Sequence record: MK937602.1
Source of the DNA: Microbacterium phage Sinatra
Direction: 5' to 3' (one strand)
DNA length: 32,000 bases
Below, one piece after another: positions 1 to 9,339 of the stretch. The notes under the pieces were generated by a model. That model did no database searches, was not told the DNA's origin, and worked only from the letters and a program-made list of their open reading frames with translations. A program made the translations under genes and the position numbers. The first letter of the stretch is position 1. Each line of letters begins with the position of its first letter.

Positions 1-39
1 CACCAGGTGGACCAGCAGGGGAAGGAGAACCTGTCATGA
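1..39 (+). CDS. C-terminal fragment of an upstream virion gene (truncated by window edge)
   Basis: Frame 1 reads HQVDQQGKENLS then TGA at 37-39, overlapping the ATG of the next gene (ATGA). Confidence 0.55.
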   Translation, partial: HQVDQQGKENLS

Positions 40-377
40 GCATCACTATGGGCCAGCTTGCCAGCCGGTACGCGGCAGCAGCCAAGGACGTCCCCGGTGA
101 CGAGGAGCTCCGCACCATCGCCCAGGTCGGTGTCGGCCTGGTCAAGAAGGAGATCCAGGACATGCACGCGGTGGACACCGGCACGATGCTCAACTCCACC
201 GACGCCGAGCGCGCGGGCAAGGCCACCTACCTGATCGGCCCGACCGTGGACTACGCTCCCTATGTGGCCCTGGGAACGAGCCGGATGCCTGCTCGCCCGT
301 TCCACATCCGGGCAGCCGCCAAGCTGCGCAAGGAAGTCGACGCCTTGGGCTTCGACCCGGACAAGCTGGGGATCTGA
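36..377 (+). CDS. HK97 gp10-like neck/head-tail connector protein
   Basis: 113 aa with typical VKKEIQDMHAVDTGTMLNS...VDYAPYVALGTSRMPARPFHIRAA pattern; position upstream of the major tail gene. Confidence 0.8.
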   Translation: MSITMGQLASRYAAAAKDVPGDEELRTIAQVGVGLVKKEIQDMHAVDTGTMLNSTDAERAGKATYLIGPTVDYAPYVALGTSRMPARPFHIRAAAKLRKEVDALGFDPDKLGI

Positions 378-379
378 TC

Positions 380-739
380 ATGACCGCAAGCATGAGCGAC
401 ATCACCAGCCTCCTGGACGCGGCAGGCGTGCCCAGCGTCACGGGGTATGCAGCCACCAAGGCGGCACTCCCCTACGTCGTGGCACGACCCCTGACGACCC
501 TCTACGGGGAGATGGCCCTGAACGGCAGTGCCCTCTCCTGGGACACCCAGTTCGCTCTCTACTGCGCTGCTGGCTCCGTAGAGGCCTCGCACAACCTGGC
601 TACCGACGTCGTCCGCATCCTGCATGGGGTACGCGTCGGGGATAGCACGCTGGCGGCGAGCCTGGGCTACGTCGGCGCACAAGTGGAAGGCCACTACGAG
701 ACCCAGGTAACCATCCAAACCGATCAAGGAGGAATCTAA
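380..739 (+). CDS. tail terminator/tail completion-like protein
   Basis: 119 aa; located between gp10-like and major tail genes; stop and next start share TAATG. Confidence 0.5.
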   Translation: MTASMSDITSLLDAAGVPSVTGYAATKAALPYVVARPLTTLYGEMALNGSALSWDTQFALYCAAGSVEASHNLATDVVRILHGVRVGDSTLAASLGYVGAQVEGHYETQVTIQTDQGGI

Positions 740-966
740 TGGCACACGGCATCGTCGTTGACCACAAGGAGTCCGGCGTCCGGTACGCGGTCTCCGAGCG
801 CAACTTCAACGAGAAGATCCACACCAAGGTCCGGGACCTGAAGCCCGGCGAGAGCGTCATCGGCTTCAAGCCCAAGCGCCGCAAGACCGTCGGTGAGGCT
901 GCCCCCGTGCAGCTTCCCGCCAAGACCGAGGGGTCCCCGTCCGGGGGCACCAAGGACGCCAAGTAG
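739..966 (+). CDS. hypothetical protein in virion operon
   Basis: 75 aa, 1-nt overlap with upstream stop, compact operon. Confidence 0.6.
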   Translation: MAHGIVVDHKESGVRYAVSERNFNEKIHTKVRDLKPGESVIGFKPKRRKTVGEAAPVQLPAKTEGSPSGGTKDAK

Positions 967-978
967 AAAGGAACTATC

Positions 979-1479
979 ATGGCACCCATCACCCAGTGGA
1001 ACCCCTCGACCCAGATCAGTCGTGGGAACGTCGCCGTCGGCGTGGCACCTGCCATCGAGGACATCAACAACCCCGTCCTCTCGGAGCTGACCACGGGCAT
1101 CGGCCTGGACTGCAGCATCACCACGATGAACGGCACGTCCAGCACGGACAGCGAGTCCATCGACTGGCTGTGCGACCCGGCCTCGGAGCAGCTCCCGGGC
1201 AGCACCACGCACTCCATCGACGACCTCCTCATCAAGGCCACGGGCCAGGCGGACGAGGACCTCATCGAGGGCCTCAACATCGGCGACACGGTCTACATCT
1301 GGCGTCGTGACGGTGTCGCGCACGAGACTGCGCTGGCAGTCGATCAGAAGGTGTGGATCTGGAAGGCCATCATCACGTCCATCGACCCGGCGGAGGCGAA
1401 CAACACGTTCATCGGCATCACCGCCCACGTCACGGTCCTGGCCCGCTCGGTGACGGCTGTCGCCATCGCTGCGGCCTGA
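979..1479 (+). CDS. major tail protein (tube)
   Basis: 166 aa, upstream of tail assembly chaperones; sequence style WNPSTQISRGNVAVGVAPAIEDINNPVLSELTTG..ITTMNGTSSTDSESIDWLCDPAS typical of actinophage tail tube proteins; RBS AAAGGA upstream. Confidence 0.8.
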   Translation: MAPITQWNPSTQISRGNVAVGVAPAIEDINNPVLSELTTGIGLDCSITTMNGTSSTDSESIDWLCDPASEQLPGSTTHSIDDLLIKATGQADEDLIEGLNIGDTVYIWRRDGVAHETALAVDQKVWIWKAIITSIDPAEANNTFIGITAHVTVLARSVTAVAIAAA

Positions 1480-1508
1480 CCCCGAACCCCGACAGGTAGG
1501 AGAACACC

Positions 1509-2057
1509 ATGTCATTCAACAGCTACGAAGAACTCATGCAGGCGGTGGAGGAGCGGCGCTCCGACATCCTCACGCTGGAGGTCGACCTCGGTGCCACGTA
1601 CTCTCAGGAGCACGAGGACGCCAAGAAGGAACTCCAGCAGGCCAAGGCGCTGAAGCAGCTCGCCGGGGGTCAGGACTTCCTGGCCGACAACCTGGCGGCG
1701 CTCGAGGCTCGTGTGGCCGAGACCAAGCCTGAGTCCCGCAACGTGTGGGTCCGGTTCAGCCGTCTCAAGCTGGGGGAGTGGGCCATGCTGGTCAAGACCA
1801 GCGGCCTGACGCCCATCGACCAGTACGAGAAGGTTCTGCCGAAGACGTTCATCGGTGTCTACGGGCAGGACCCGGCAGGCGGGGAAGACGGCGAGGTCAT
1901 CGAGCCGCTCTCCACCGACCCGGCGCTGCTGTCCAGCAAGGGTGACAGGGGTATCCTGCCTGGCGGCATGCTCCACCAGGTTGTCCAGGCGTTCATGGCC
2001 TGGCAGAACTCGTCGGGGGACATCACCATCCGCCCTACGAAATCGGGCCTCGTCTAG
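1509..2057 (+). CDS. tail assembly chaperone (G-like, pre-frameshift)
   Basis: 182 aa located between major tail protein and tape measure; acidic/helical N-terminus; followed by overlapping -1 frame. Confidence 0.75.
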   Translation: MSFNSYEELMQAVEERRSDILTLEVDLGATYSQEHEDAKKELQQAKALKQLAGGQDFLADNLAALEARVAETKPESRNVWVRFSRLKLGEWAMLVKTSGLTPIDQYEKVLPKTFIGVYGQDPAGGEDGEVIEPLSTDPALLSSKGDRGILPGGMLHQVVQAFMAWQNSSGDITIRPTKSGLV

Positions 2058-2446
2058 GAGTTCTCTTGGACATGGCCCTGGCATCCGGTCGGCCCCCGCT
2101 TCGCCTCCTTGACGAGGGTCGGCCGGATGCCTGGCAGGAGGTAGACCTCGAGGTCGTCTCCCAGTGGAAGCACATGAAGGAGGTCAAGTGCCCCGGCTGC
2201 GGTCGCCCGCTGGCTGAGCACTTGCACAACTCAACATTGGGACGGGAAGAAACCATCGAGGACTACGAGGTCTACTCGGTGGACTGCCCTGCACAGCAGG
2301 CCATCGCTGGCGGTCAGTCAGCCTGGCGGCAGGTGAACAAGGGCGCTATCGACAGCCACATGAAGGGCAACGGGCCTGACCCCAGCATGGGGGTCTACTG
2401 GCTGACCAAGCGCCAGGGCGAGCGCCTTCCCATTCCAGAACAGTAA
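1946..2446 (+). CDS. tail assembly chaperone T-like region, probably made as a -1 frameshift extension of 1509..2057
   Basis: Frame open from 1946 (after TGA at 1943-1945) to 2446; reads ..HHHPPYEIGPRLGVLLDMALASGRPPLRLLDEGRPDAWQEVDLEVVSQWKHMKEVKCPGCGRPLAEH; W..D and CxxCG pattern typical of T-domain proteins. Confidence 0.7.
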   Translation, partial: QGYPAWRHAPPGCPGVHGLAELVGGHHHPPYEIGPRLGVLLDMALASGRPPLRLLDEGRPDAWQEVDLEVVSQWKHMKEVKCPGCGRPLAEHLHNSTLGREETIEDYEVYSVDCPAQQAIAGGQSAWRQVNKGAIDSHMKGNGPDPSMGVYWLTKRQGERLPIPEQ

Positions 2447-2464
2447 CCCAGAAAGGAGGACAGC

Positions 2465-4873
2465 ATGGCCGATAACGATGTTCGCATCAAGCTCTCGCTT
2501 GATGGGGCCGACCAGGTCCAGAAGGGCCTCAAGGGCGTCGGAGACGAGGCTGGCAACGCTGACTCCAAGCTGGGAAGCATGGTCTCGGGAGGCCTCAAGG
2601 GTGCCGGTGCTGCCCTTGTGGGCTTCGCGACGGCTGCCGTAGCTGCTGGCGGGGCGCTCGCTGCTGGTGTGGTGAGCGCCTACGCCGACTACGAGCAGAA
2701 CATCGGTGGTATCGAGACGATGTTCAAGGACGCGTCCGGTACGATGAAGCAGTACGCCGACGACGCGTATCGCACGGCTGGCCTGTCGGCCAACGACTAC
2801 ATGAGCCAGGTCACCAGCTTCTCGGCTGCGCTGATCCAGGGCTTGGGCGGCGACACGGCTGCGGCTGCCGAGGCAGCCAACACGGCCATGATCGACATGT
2901 CCGACAACGCGAACAAGTTCGGGTCCAACATCACGGACATCCAGAACGCCTACCAGGGCTTCGCGAAGCAGAACTACACCATGCTCGACAACCTGAAGCT
3001 CGGGTATGGTGGCACGGCTGCCGAGATGGCACGCCTTATCAACGACTCGGGTGTCATGGGCGACACCTTCGAGGCAACTGCCCAGAACATGAACGAGGTG
3101 AGCTTCGACAAGATCGTCGAGGCCATCCACGTCGTCCAGACCGAGATGGGCATCGCGGGCACCACGGCGCTCGAAGCCGAGCAGACCATCTCCGGCTCCA
3201 TCGGCATGCTCAAGGGCAGCTTTGAGAACCTCCTGACGGGCCTTGGCAGCGCCGATGCTGATGTGGCCACGCTGGCGGGCAACGTTATCGACTCGTTCGA
3301 GCTGGTCGTCACCAACATCACCCCGGTCATCGAGAACCTGGGCAACAACATCGCCACGCTCGGCCCCAAGCTGGGCGACATGATGACGAGCCTTGTGGGG
3401 GCGGTCAGCAGCGCCATCCCGGCCATCCTTCAGGCTGGTGTGGCCCTCATCGGCGGTCTCATCTCGGGCATCTCCTCTGCGCTGCCGGGGCTTATCACCG
3501 CTGTGGTGCCTGCCCTGGTGCAGCTTGTGTCGGTGCTTGCCGAGCAGGCTCCCCTCCTCATCAAGGCTGGCGTTGACGCTATCGTGGCGCTGGGCCAGGG
3601 CATCGCCGAGGCACTGCCTACCCTGATCCCGGTCGTGGTGCAGGGGCTTCTGGATGTGATCTCCGCGCTGGTGGAGAGCCTCCCCATGCTGCTGGAGACC
3701 GGCCTTCAGATCATCCTGGCGCTGGCTGATGGTATCATTCAGGCGCTCCCGCTGCTGGTGGCACAGCTCCCGACCATCATCATGGCGCTGGTTGACTTCT
3801 TCGTCCAGGGCATCCCGATGATCCTGCAGGCAGGCATTCAGCTTCTGACAAGCCTGATCGGTGCCCTGCCTGAGATTATCACCCAGATCGTAGCTGCCCT
3901 GCCCCAGATCATCACGGCTATCATCCAGGCGGTCGTGGGGGCTATCCCGCTGCTGATCCAGGCAGGTATCGACCTTATCACCGCCCTGGTGACTGCCCTG
4001 CCCGAGATCATCCAGGCCATCGTGGCAGCCATCCCCACTATCATCACTGCGGTGCTTGACGCGGTCATCGGCAGCATCCCGCTCCTGATTGACGCGGGCT
4101 TCAAGCTGATCACTGGCCTCATCGGCGCACTGCCCAGCATCATCGGCACCATCGTTGGAGCCATCCCCCAGATCATCGGTGGGGTGCTGAGCGCGGTGTT
4201 CGGTGCCGTGCCCCAGCTTATCCAGGCGGGCTTCAGGCTGCTGACCAGCCTGGTGAGCAACCTGGGCGGCATCGTGGGCAACATCGTTGGAGCCGTGGGC
4301 AACATCCTGAGCAACATCTTCAACGCCGTGGTCGGCGGGGTGGGGCGCATGGTGTCGGCCGGTGGCGACCTGGTGCGCGGCCTCTGGAACGGTATCTCGG
4401 GCGCTGCTGGCTGGCTGTTCGGCAAGATCGGCGGCTTCGTCAACGACGTGATGGGCAACATCGGCTCGTTCTTCGGCATCCACTCGCCCTCGCGGCGCAT
4501 GCGTGACGAGATCGGTCAGTTCCTGCCCCCCGGCATCGGTGAGGGTGTGGAGCAGCACGCCGACGAGGCCATCGACCCCATCACCGACATGAACAAGCGC
4601 ATCGTCAAGGAAGCCCAGCAGCTCCCTGACCTCGCGCTGAACCAGTCGGTGACCCAGTCGCTCACCCAGCAGGTGATCCCCACCTTGGCACCGACCACGG
4701 CAACGGCCACACCGAACTACGGCAGCGCGGTCGGGGGCGGCGTCACCATCAGCGGTCCCCTGGTCAGTGTGGCCTCCATGGAGGTCCGTAGCGACCAGGA
4801 CATCCGCGCACTGTCCACCCAGCTCAAGACGGACATGACCCGCGAGCTGCGAGCGCAAGGAGTACTCTCATGA
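2465..4873 (+). CDS. tape measure protein
   Basis: 802 aa; N-terminal SLDGADQVQKGLKGVGDEAG..., TMP-type YADYEQNIGGIETMFKDASGTM, long hydrophobic repeated region; follows tail chaperones. Confidence 0.95.
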   Translation: MADNDVRIKLSLDGADQVQKGLKGVGDEAGNADSKLGSMVSGGLKGAGAALVGFATAAVAAGGALAAGVVSAYADYEQNIGGIETMFKDASGTMKQYADDAYRTAGLSANDYMSQVTSFSAALIQGLGGDTAAAAEAANTAMIDMSDNANKFGSNITDIQNAYQGFAKQNYTMLDNLKLGYGGTAAEMARLINDSGVMGDTFEATAQNMNEVSFDKIVEAIHVVQTEMGIAGTTALEAEQTISGSIGMLKGSFENLLTGLGSADADVATLAGNVIDSFELVVTNITPVIENLGNNIATLGPKLGDMMTSLVGAVSSAIPAILQAGVALIGGLISGISSALPGLITAVVPALVQLVSVLAEQAPLLIKAGVDAIVALGQGIAEALPTLIPVVVQGLLDVISALVESLPMLLETGLQIILALADGIIQALPLLVAQLPTIIMALVDFFVQGIPMILQAGIQLLTSLIGALPEIITQIVAALPQIITAIIQAVVGAIPLLIQAGIDLITALVTALPEIIQAIVAAIPTIITAVLDAVIGSIPLLIDAGFKLITGLIGALPSIIGTIVGAIPQIIGGVLSAVFGAVPQLIQAGFRLLTSLVSNLGGIVGNIVGAVGNILSNIFNAVVGGVGRMVSAGGDLVRGLWNGISGAAGWLFGKIGGFVNDVMGNIGSFFGIHSPSRRMRDEIGQFLPPGIGEGVEQHADEAIDPITDMNKRIVKEAQQLPDLALNQSVTQSLTQQVIPTLAPTTATATPNYGSAVGGGVTISGPLVSVASMEVRSDQDIRALSTQLKTDMTRELRAQGVLS

Positions 4874-5640
4874 GCTTCCAGCTTGGCACTTTCGACAGCG
4901 ACAGCGTCCAGGACTTCAAGGCCATCCTGACCGAGTGGCCCGCCCTCCCGGTGGACCTGCACCTGGACGACCTGCCCGCTGGCGACGGCGCGCTGTACTA
5001 CCGGGCACGCATGACCGAGACCGAGTGGGTCTTCAAGCTGGAGCTGACCGGCACCGACGTCGCCGACGTGCTTGCCAAGGCCGACGCGGTGTCTGCTGCG
5101 CTGAACCCCAAGCTGCACGGCGCACAGGACTTCACCCCGAACGCCTTCGACCCGTGGGTCTGGCAGGGTGTCCTCGGTGCCCCCATCACCTGGGAGCGGG
5201 ATAGCATCGTCTGGTTCAGCGACCGTACCTGCCGTCTGCTGGGCGAAGCTACCGTGGTCACCCCTAACCCCTATGGGTACGCTGCGGGGTCGCCCACGGT
5301 CCTCTCTAGCTCCGTAGAAGCGGTGCTGCCGGTCGGGGGCAACACCAGCGCCTTCCCCATCGTGGAGTTTCGGGGAGTTCTGAACAGCGCCCAGGCGTTC
5401 ACGCTGAACGGCATGCAGGTCCAGGGTCCGCTGACGGCAGCCCAGACGCTTGTCCTGGACTTCGAGGCCATGGACTTCTACATCAAGAACACGGCGACCG
5501 GGGCCAAGGTGCGCAACGTCGCTGACCGCTTCACCAACTTCCAGCGCCTGGAGGCCACCGACAGCATCGCCCTGACGGCTGGTGTGACGGCTGGCACGTA
5601 CACCACGGCGACCGCACGAGTCAACTCGAGGAGAATCTGA
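4870..5640 (+). CDS. distal tail protein (Dit-like)
   Basis: 256 aa immediately downstream of tape measure with ATGA overlap; length and ...DLHLDDLPAGDGALYYRARMTETEWVFKLELTG... compatible with Dit family. Confidence 0.75.
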   Translation: MSFQLGTFDSDSVQDFKAILTEWPALPVDLHLDDLPAGDGALYYRARMTETEWVFKLELTGTDVADVLAKADAVSAALNPKLHGAQDFTPNAFDPWVWQGVLGAPITWERDSIVWFSDRTCRLLGEATVVTPNPYGYAAGSPTVLSSSVEAVLPVGGNTSAFPIVEFRGVLNSAQAFTLNGMQVQGPLTAAQTLVLDFEAMDFYIKNTATGAKVRNVADRFTNFQRLEATDSIALTAGVTAGTYTTATARVNSRRI

Positions 5641-8063
5641 TGGCCGAGTACAGCCGCGCCACCAGTCGGGGAGACTGGACGGGTGAGTGGGATCCGGATG
5701 CAGTCACTCAGGTGCTGCTCCGCATGGACTCGTTCATCGGCTCTGGTGACCCCCGGCCTACGCCGGACAGCAGTGGCAAGAACCGGGACGCCTACGTTGT
5801 CAACTACGCGGGCAGCGATGCCGTCGCCGTAGCTACCCCCTGGGGCACCGGCATCCGCATGAACGAGGCTGGCATCAGCCAGGAGACCAGCGTTCGCGTA
5901 GAGAACGACGGCACCCTGTTCCCCAGCAGCGGCAGCGTGATGGTCGGCACCTGGTTCCGAGGCAAGCTGGACCGCCAGTGGAACCCCGTGCTGAGCACCA
6001 GGAACACCCCCGGCGCTGCCCCCCTGATTCACCTGAACGTGAACACCAGCGCCAGCGGGCCTCAGCTCAACTATCGCTTCTACAACAACGCCGGGACCCA
6101 GGTGGTCAACGAGTGGTTCTCCGGGGTGCTCGTGCCCGACCGCTGGTACTGGATCGGCGCGGTCATGGACTTCACGCTGGGCACGTACTCCGTCTACGTG
6201 GTGGACTACGAGACCGGCGCTGTAGAGTCGGCCAGCGGCACGGCAAGCCTGAACAACGCCTGCACGGCTCATCTGGATGTGGCCTTCGGGCCTGCTGGCG
6301 AGTGGGCACGGTCTGTCGTGGACGAGGTTGTCGTGGTTGCCCCGTTCGCAGGCAACGCGGGGCAGCTTGCCCAGCGCGCTCGTCTGGCAGACGGAGCCGT
6401 AGAGGCGACCCAGGCCGACACGGGCACGGTCATCGGCCGTATCTCCCCCCGGCCGACCGCGACGCTGCCCGTGGTCGCACACACTCGGGCCATGCCTGGG
6501 CAGTGGGGCACCGACACCCCCATGATCACGCTGAACGGCCAGGGCGCGACGGTGCGCTACCGGACCAGCAACAACCTGACCACCTGGAGCGCGTGGAAGA
6601 ACGCCTCCAGCATCGAGACCGAGCCGAACGCGGCATGGATCCAGTACGAGGTGACGCTGTCAGCGTACGACAGCTACCTGGACGAGATCCTGCTGAGCAC
6701 GGCTCCTCCGCCGACCCCGCCCCTGCCGAACACCCAGCCGGTCGAGCCGTTCTCCCTTGACCCGCTGCTGGTGGTTCCGAGCGGGGGCGGGGTCCTCCTC
6801 CAGGACACTCTGCTGTCGTGCAAGACCTTCGACACCAGCAGCAACGAGAGCACGCTGGAGTTCTCCATCAGTCTGGCCGACCCCAAGGCCACACTCATGG
6901 AGAGCGAAGCGCCCATCCTGTTCAAGGGGCGGCACTATGTGGCCCGAGGCGTCACCACGCGTCGGTCTCGAGGAGAGGCTGTCGTGGAGGTCTACGCCGA
7001 GCGGAACTGGTACGACCTGCTCTACGCGGGCCAGATTGACGCCCAGACCTGGACGGCAACTGCGGCCGACGTGATGACTAGCGTCCTGGCAGGGACCGAC
7101 TGGTACGTGGGCCAGGTCGACCCGACTGCGGTGCTGGGCTGGGAGAACGACAGCACGACCGTCCTGGGCATGCTCAAGCAGATCGCCAAGGTGTACGGCG
7201 GAGACCTGGTCTTTGACGACAAGACTCACTTCGTACACTTGCTCAACCAGGGAGGCCGGGACCGGGGCACGTACTTCGACTACGTCCACGGCATCACCAG
7301 CGCCATCCGCCGCGAAGACACGACCAACCTGGTGACCCGCATCTACGGCCGGAACGCCGACGGCCTCACCATCGCCCCTGCCAACGGGGGCGTCGACTAC
7401 ATTGAGGACTTCACCTGGACCGACCAGGTTCGCCAGAGCACCTACGATTTCAAGTCGGGCATGACGCCTCAGGCGATGATGCGCTTCCTGACGGCGTTCC
7501 TGGCTGACCGTGCCAAGCCCACTCTCTCCTACGAGTACCAGGTGTCGGGCCTTGTGGACCGCGTTGAGGAAGTTGACCGCTTCGAGGTTCTGGACATCGT
7601 GTTCGTGATGGACGAGGACTACGGCCAGTCGGTCAAGAACCGCGTGGTGCAGCTCGACATCGACTGGCTTGACCTGCGCAATAGCAAGATCACGCTCGCG
7701 AACAAGCTGCGGAGCCTTGCCAGCAGCGACGACAGCACCGACCCCGGCGCACTGACCACCGGCCAGACCATTGACACGCGCGACATCAACCCCTTCAACC
7801 TGCTGCTGAACAGCCGGGGAGACAACGGCATGGCGCACTGGGCGGGCACCAACGTCGCCGTCGTGGAAGGCGGGGCGACTGGCCGGTACAGCTTCGCGTT
7901 CGGGGCGTCTGGGGGCAGCCTGGAGCAGACGGTCACCAGCGACAACCGGGACAGCTTCGTATTCTCGGCCCAGGTGGATGCCGACACGGATGCCCAGCTC
8001 CAGATCGAAGTGACGTTCCAGTACACCGACGGAACATCCGAGACCCAGACCCTGGAGCTGTGA
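5640..8063 (+). CDS. minor tail/tail tip protein with LamG-like N-terminal region and Tal/Gp37-like C-terminal region
   Basis: 807 aa following Dit; LamG-like segment SSGSVMVGTWFRGKLDRQW...LIHLNVNTSASGPQLNYRFYNNAG...WYWIGAVMDFTLGTYSVYVVDYETG...VDEVVVVAPFAG; C-terminal siphovirus Gp37-like VLGMLKQIAKVYGGDLVFDDKTHFVHLLNQGGRDRGTYFDYVHGITSAIRREDTTNLVTRIYGRNADG. Confidence 0.8.
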   Translation: MAEYSRATSRGDWTGEWDPDAVTQVLLRMDSFIGSGDPRPTPDSSGKNRDAYVVNYAGSDAVAVATPWGTGIRMNEAGISQETSVRVENDGTLFPSSGSVMVGTWFRGKLDRQWNPVLSTRNTPGAAPLIHLNVNTSASGPQLNYRFYNNAGTQVVNEWFSGVLVPDRWYWIGAVMDFTLGTYSVYVVDYETGAVESASGTASLNNACTAHLDVAFGPAGEWARSVVDEVVVVAPFAGNAGQLAQRARLADGAVEATQADTGTVIGRISPRPTATLPVVAHTRAMPGQWGTDTPMITLNGQGATVRYRTSNNLTTWSAWKNASSIETEPNAAWIQYEVTLSAYDSYLDEILLSTAPPPTPPLPNTQPVEPFSLDPLLVVPSGGGVLLQDTLLSCKTFDTSSNESTLEFSISLADPKATLMESEAPILFKGRHYVARGVTTRRSRGEAVVEVYAERNWYDLLYAGQIDAQTWTATAADVMTSVLAGTDWYVGQVDPTAVLGWENDSTTVLGMLKQIAKVYGGDLVFDDKTHFVHLLNQGGRDRGTYFDYVHGITSAIRREDTTNLVTRIYGRNADGLTIAPANGGVDYIEDFTWTDQVRQSTYDFKSGMTPQAMMRFLTAFLADRAKPTLSYEYQVSGLVDRVEEVDRFEVLDIVFVMDEDYGQSVKNRVVQLDIDWLDLRNSKITLANKLRSLASSDDSTDPGALTTGQTIDTRDINPFNLLLNSRGDNGMAHWAGTNVAVVEGGATGRYSFAFGASGGSLEQTVTSDNRDSFVFSAQVDADTDAQLQIEVTFQYTDGTSETQTLEL

Positions 8064-8064
8064 C

Positions 8065-8253
8065 ATGGCCGTGCGACGCGTCATTGTACGCAACCCCAAC
8101 ACCTTCAAGCAGACGCTTGTCATCAAGGTGAAGATCACCACGCCGGACGGCGATGTGAAGGTTACCGACCTAATCCTGCAGGCGGGCAGCACGGGCACGG
8201 GATGGGTCCCCAACGTGACCGAGATGCCCTGGACGACTGGGGTGGTGAGCTAG
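8065..8253 (+). CDS. small tail-module protein
   Basis: 62 aa, in tight operon. Confidence 0.55.
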   Translation: MAVRRVIVRNPNTFKQTLVIKVKITTPDGDVKVTDLILQAGSTGTGWVPNVTEMPWTTGVVS

Positions 8254-8853
8254 ATGGCATTCCTGCGCACGTTCGGCCAGCTTCGCCCTTCGAAGCCGGT
8301 GCTCGGTGTGGCCGTCAAGATCACCACTCAGGACGAAGCCAAGATCACCGACATCCAGCTCAACCCTGGCAGCAGCCTGTTCTCCTGGTCCCCGATGGTG
8401 GGTGACCTGGGCCTGGTGCCTGCCCCGGCCTGGCGCTACATCAACGGCATGGTGCAGTCGGACTACGACACTTGGGTCATGGCCGACGAAGACAGCGCCA
8501 GCCCGTACCTCGGAGTCTTCTACCCCGTGGGTCCGCAGACCGTGGAGTGGGGGCTGCTGCACCTGGGGGAGATATCTTCGCGAGAGGAGTTCAACGGATA
8601 TGAGTACAGCACGACAGCCGGAGCCGGAGTCACCCCGCATCACACTGCCCGAGCTGATCAGCGCTTGGGCCTCGAGACGACGGGCATCATGTCGGCCGTT
8701 GTTGCCATCCGGGGAATCCACGTTGACCCTGGAAGCAACGCGCGAACCGACCTGGGCACCGTCACAGGTGCTCACCCGGAAGGCTGGTCTGCGGTGTGGG
8801 CCTGGCATGAGACTTGGACAGACGTCCTGAACGAGCATGAGGAGTGGTCATAA
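8254..8853 (+). CDS. minor tail-module protein, function unknown
   Basis: 199 aa; directly abuts upstream stop. Confidence 0.6.
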   Translation: MAFLRTFGQLRPSKPVLGVAVKITTQDEAKITDIQLNPGSSLFSWSPMVGDLGLVPAPAWRYINGMVQSDYDTWVMADEDSASPYLGVFYPVGPQTVEWGLLHLGEISSREEFNGYEYSTTAGAGVTPHHTARADQRLGLETTGIMSAVVAIRGIHVDPGSNARTDLGTVTGAHPEGWSAVWAWHETWTDVLNEHEEWS

Positions 8854-9338
8854 TGGCCCTGGAGAACCCTACTGCACCGACCTACGGTCCGAACACGTTC
8901 ACAGCCTTGGCTGCTGCCCTGGCCACACTGTTCGAGAACGACGAGTACCTGGAAGGGCTGATCGATGACATCGACCCTACCCCCATGGTCACCCGGCTGA
9001 ACCTGACGCTGGCCAGTGGGTACAGCCACAACTCGTCATATGTCCCCACGCGCACCGTCCGCACCGGCACCGAGGTGACCATCGAGGGCGGCGTAATCAA
9101 CTGCCCTGCCAGCTTCAGCGCCGATGTCTACAACACTCTCGGCACCGTGGGCAGCGCGCACCGGCCGACCGATGGCAAGCACCGCATGGGAATCGGCGCT
9201 ATCTTCGCCTCGGGGGCTATCGTGCCGGTGCAGTACCGAATCAACGGTAGCGATGGGACCATCAACTTCTACTCCAAGATCGCTGTCTCGGGGGCATCAT
9301 ACATCATGCTCTCGCCTATCAACTGGACGGTGAGCTGA
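8853..9338 (+). CDS. minor tail-module protein (161 aa from internal ATG)
   Basis: MALENPTAPTYGPNTFTALAAAL...; ATG at 8853 overlaps upstream stop (TAATG), preferred over the 8844 start. Confidence 0.6.
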   Translation: MALENPTAPTYGPNTFTALAAALATLFENDEYLEGLIDDIDPTPMVTRLNLTLASGYSHNSSYVPTRTVRTGTEVTIEGGVINCPASFSADVYNTLGTVGSAHRPTDGKHRMGIGAIFASGAIVPVQYRINGSDGTINFYSKIAVSGASYIMLSPINWTVS

Positions 9339-9339
9339 C

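Noticed and set aside
2036-2044. TACGAAATC considered as the tail chaperone slippery site
   Set aside because: Does not match X-XXY-YYZ in the chaperone frame; the upstream G run at 2015-2019 is a better though still imperfect candidate.
2318-4858. 846-aa minus-strand ORF antisense to the tape measure gene
   Set aside because: Composition artefact of a high-GC coding strand: low-complexity H/D/L/G-rich translation with no domain signature, while the + frame is an unmistakable tape measure protein.
6660-8213. 517-aa minus ORF (and 5478..6482) antisense to the tail tip gene
   Set aside because: Mirror-frame ORFs typical of high third-position GC; no motifs and no plausible operon context on that strand.
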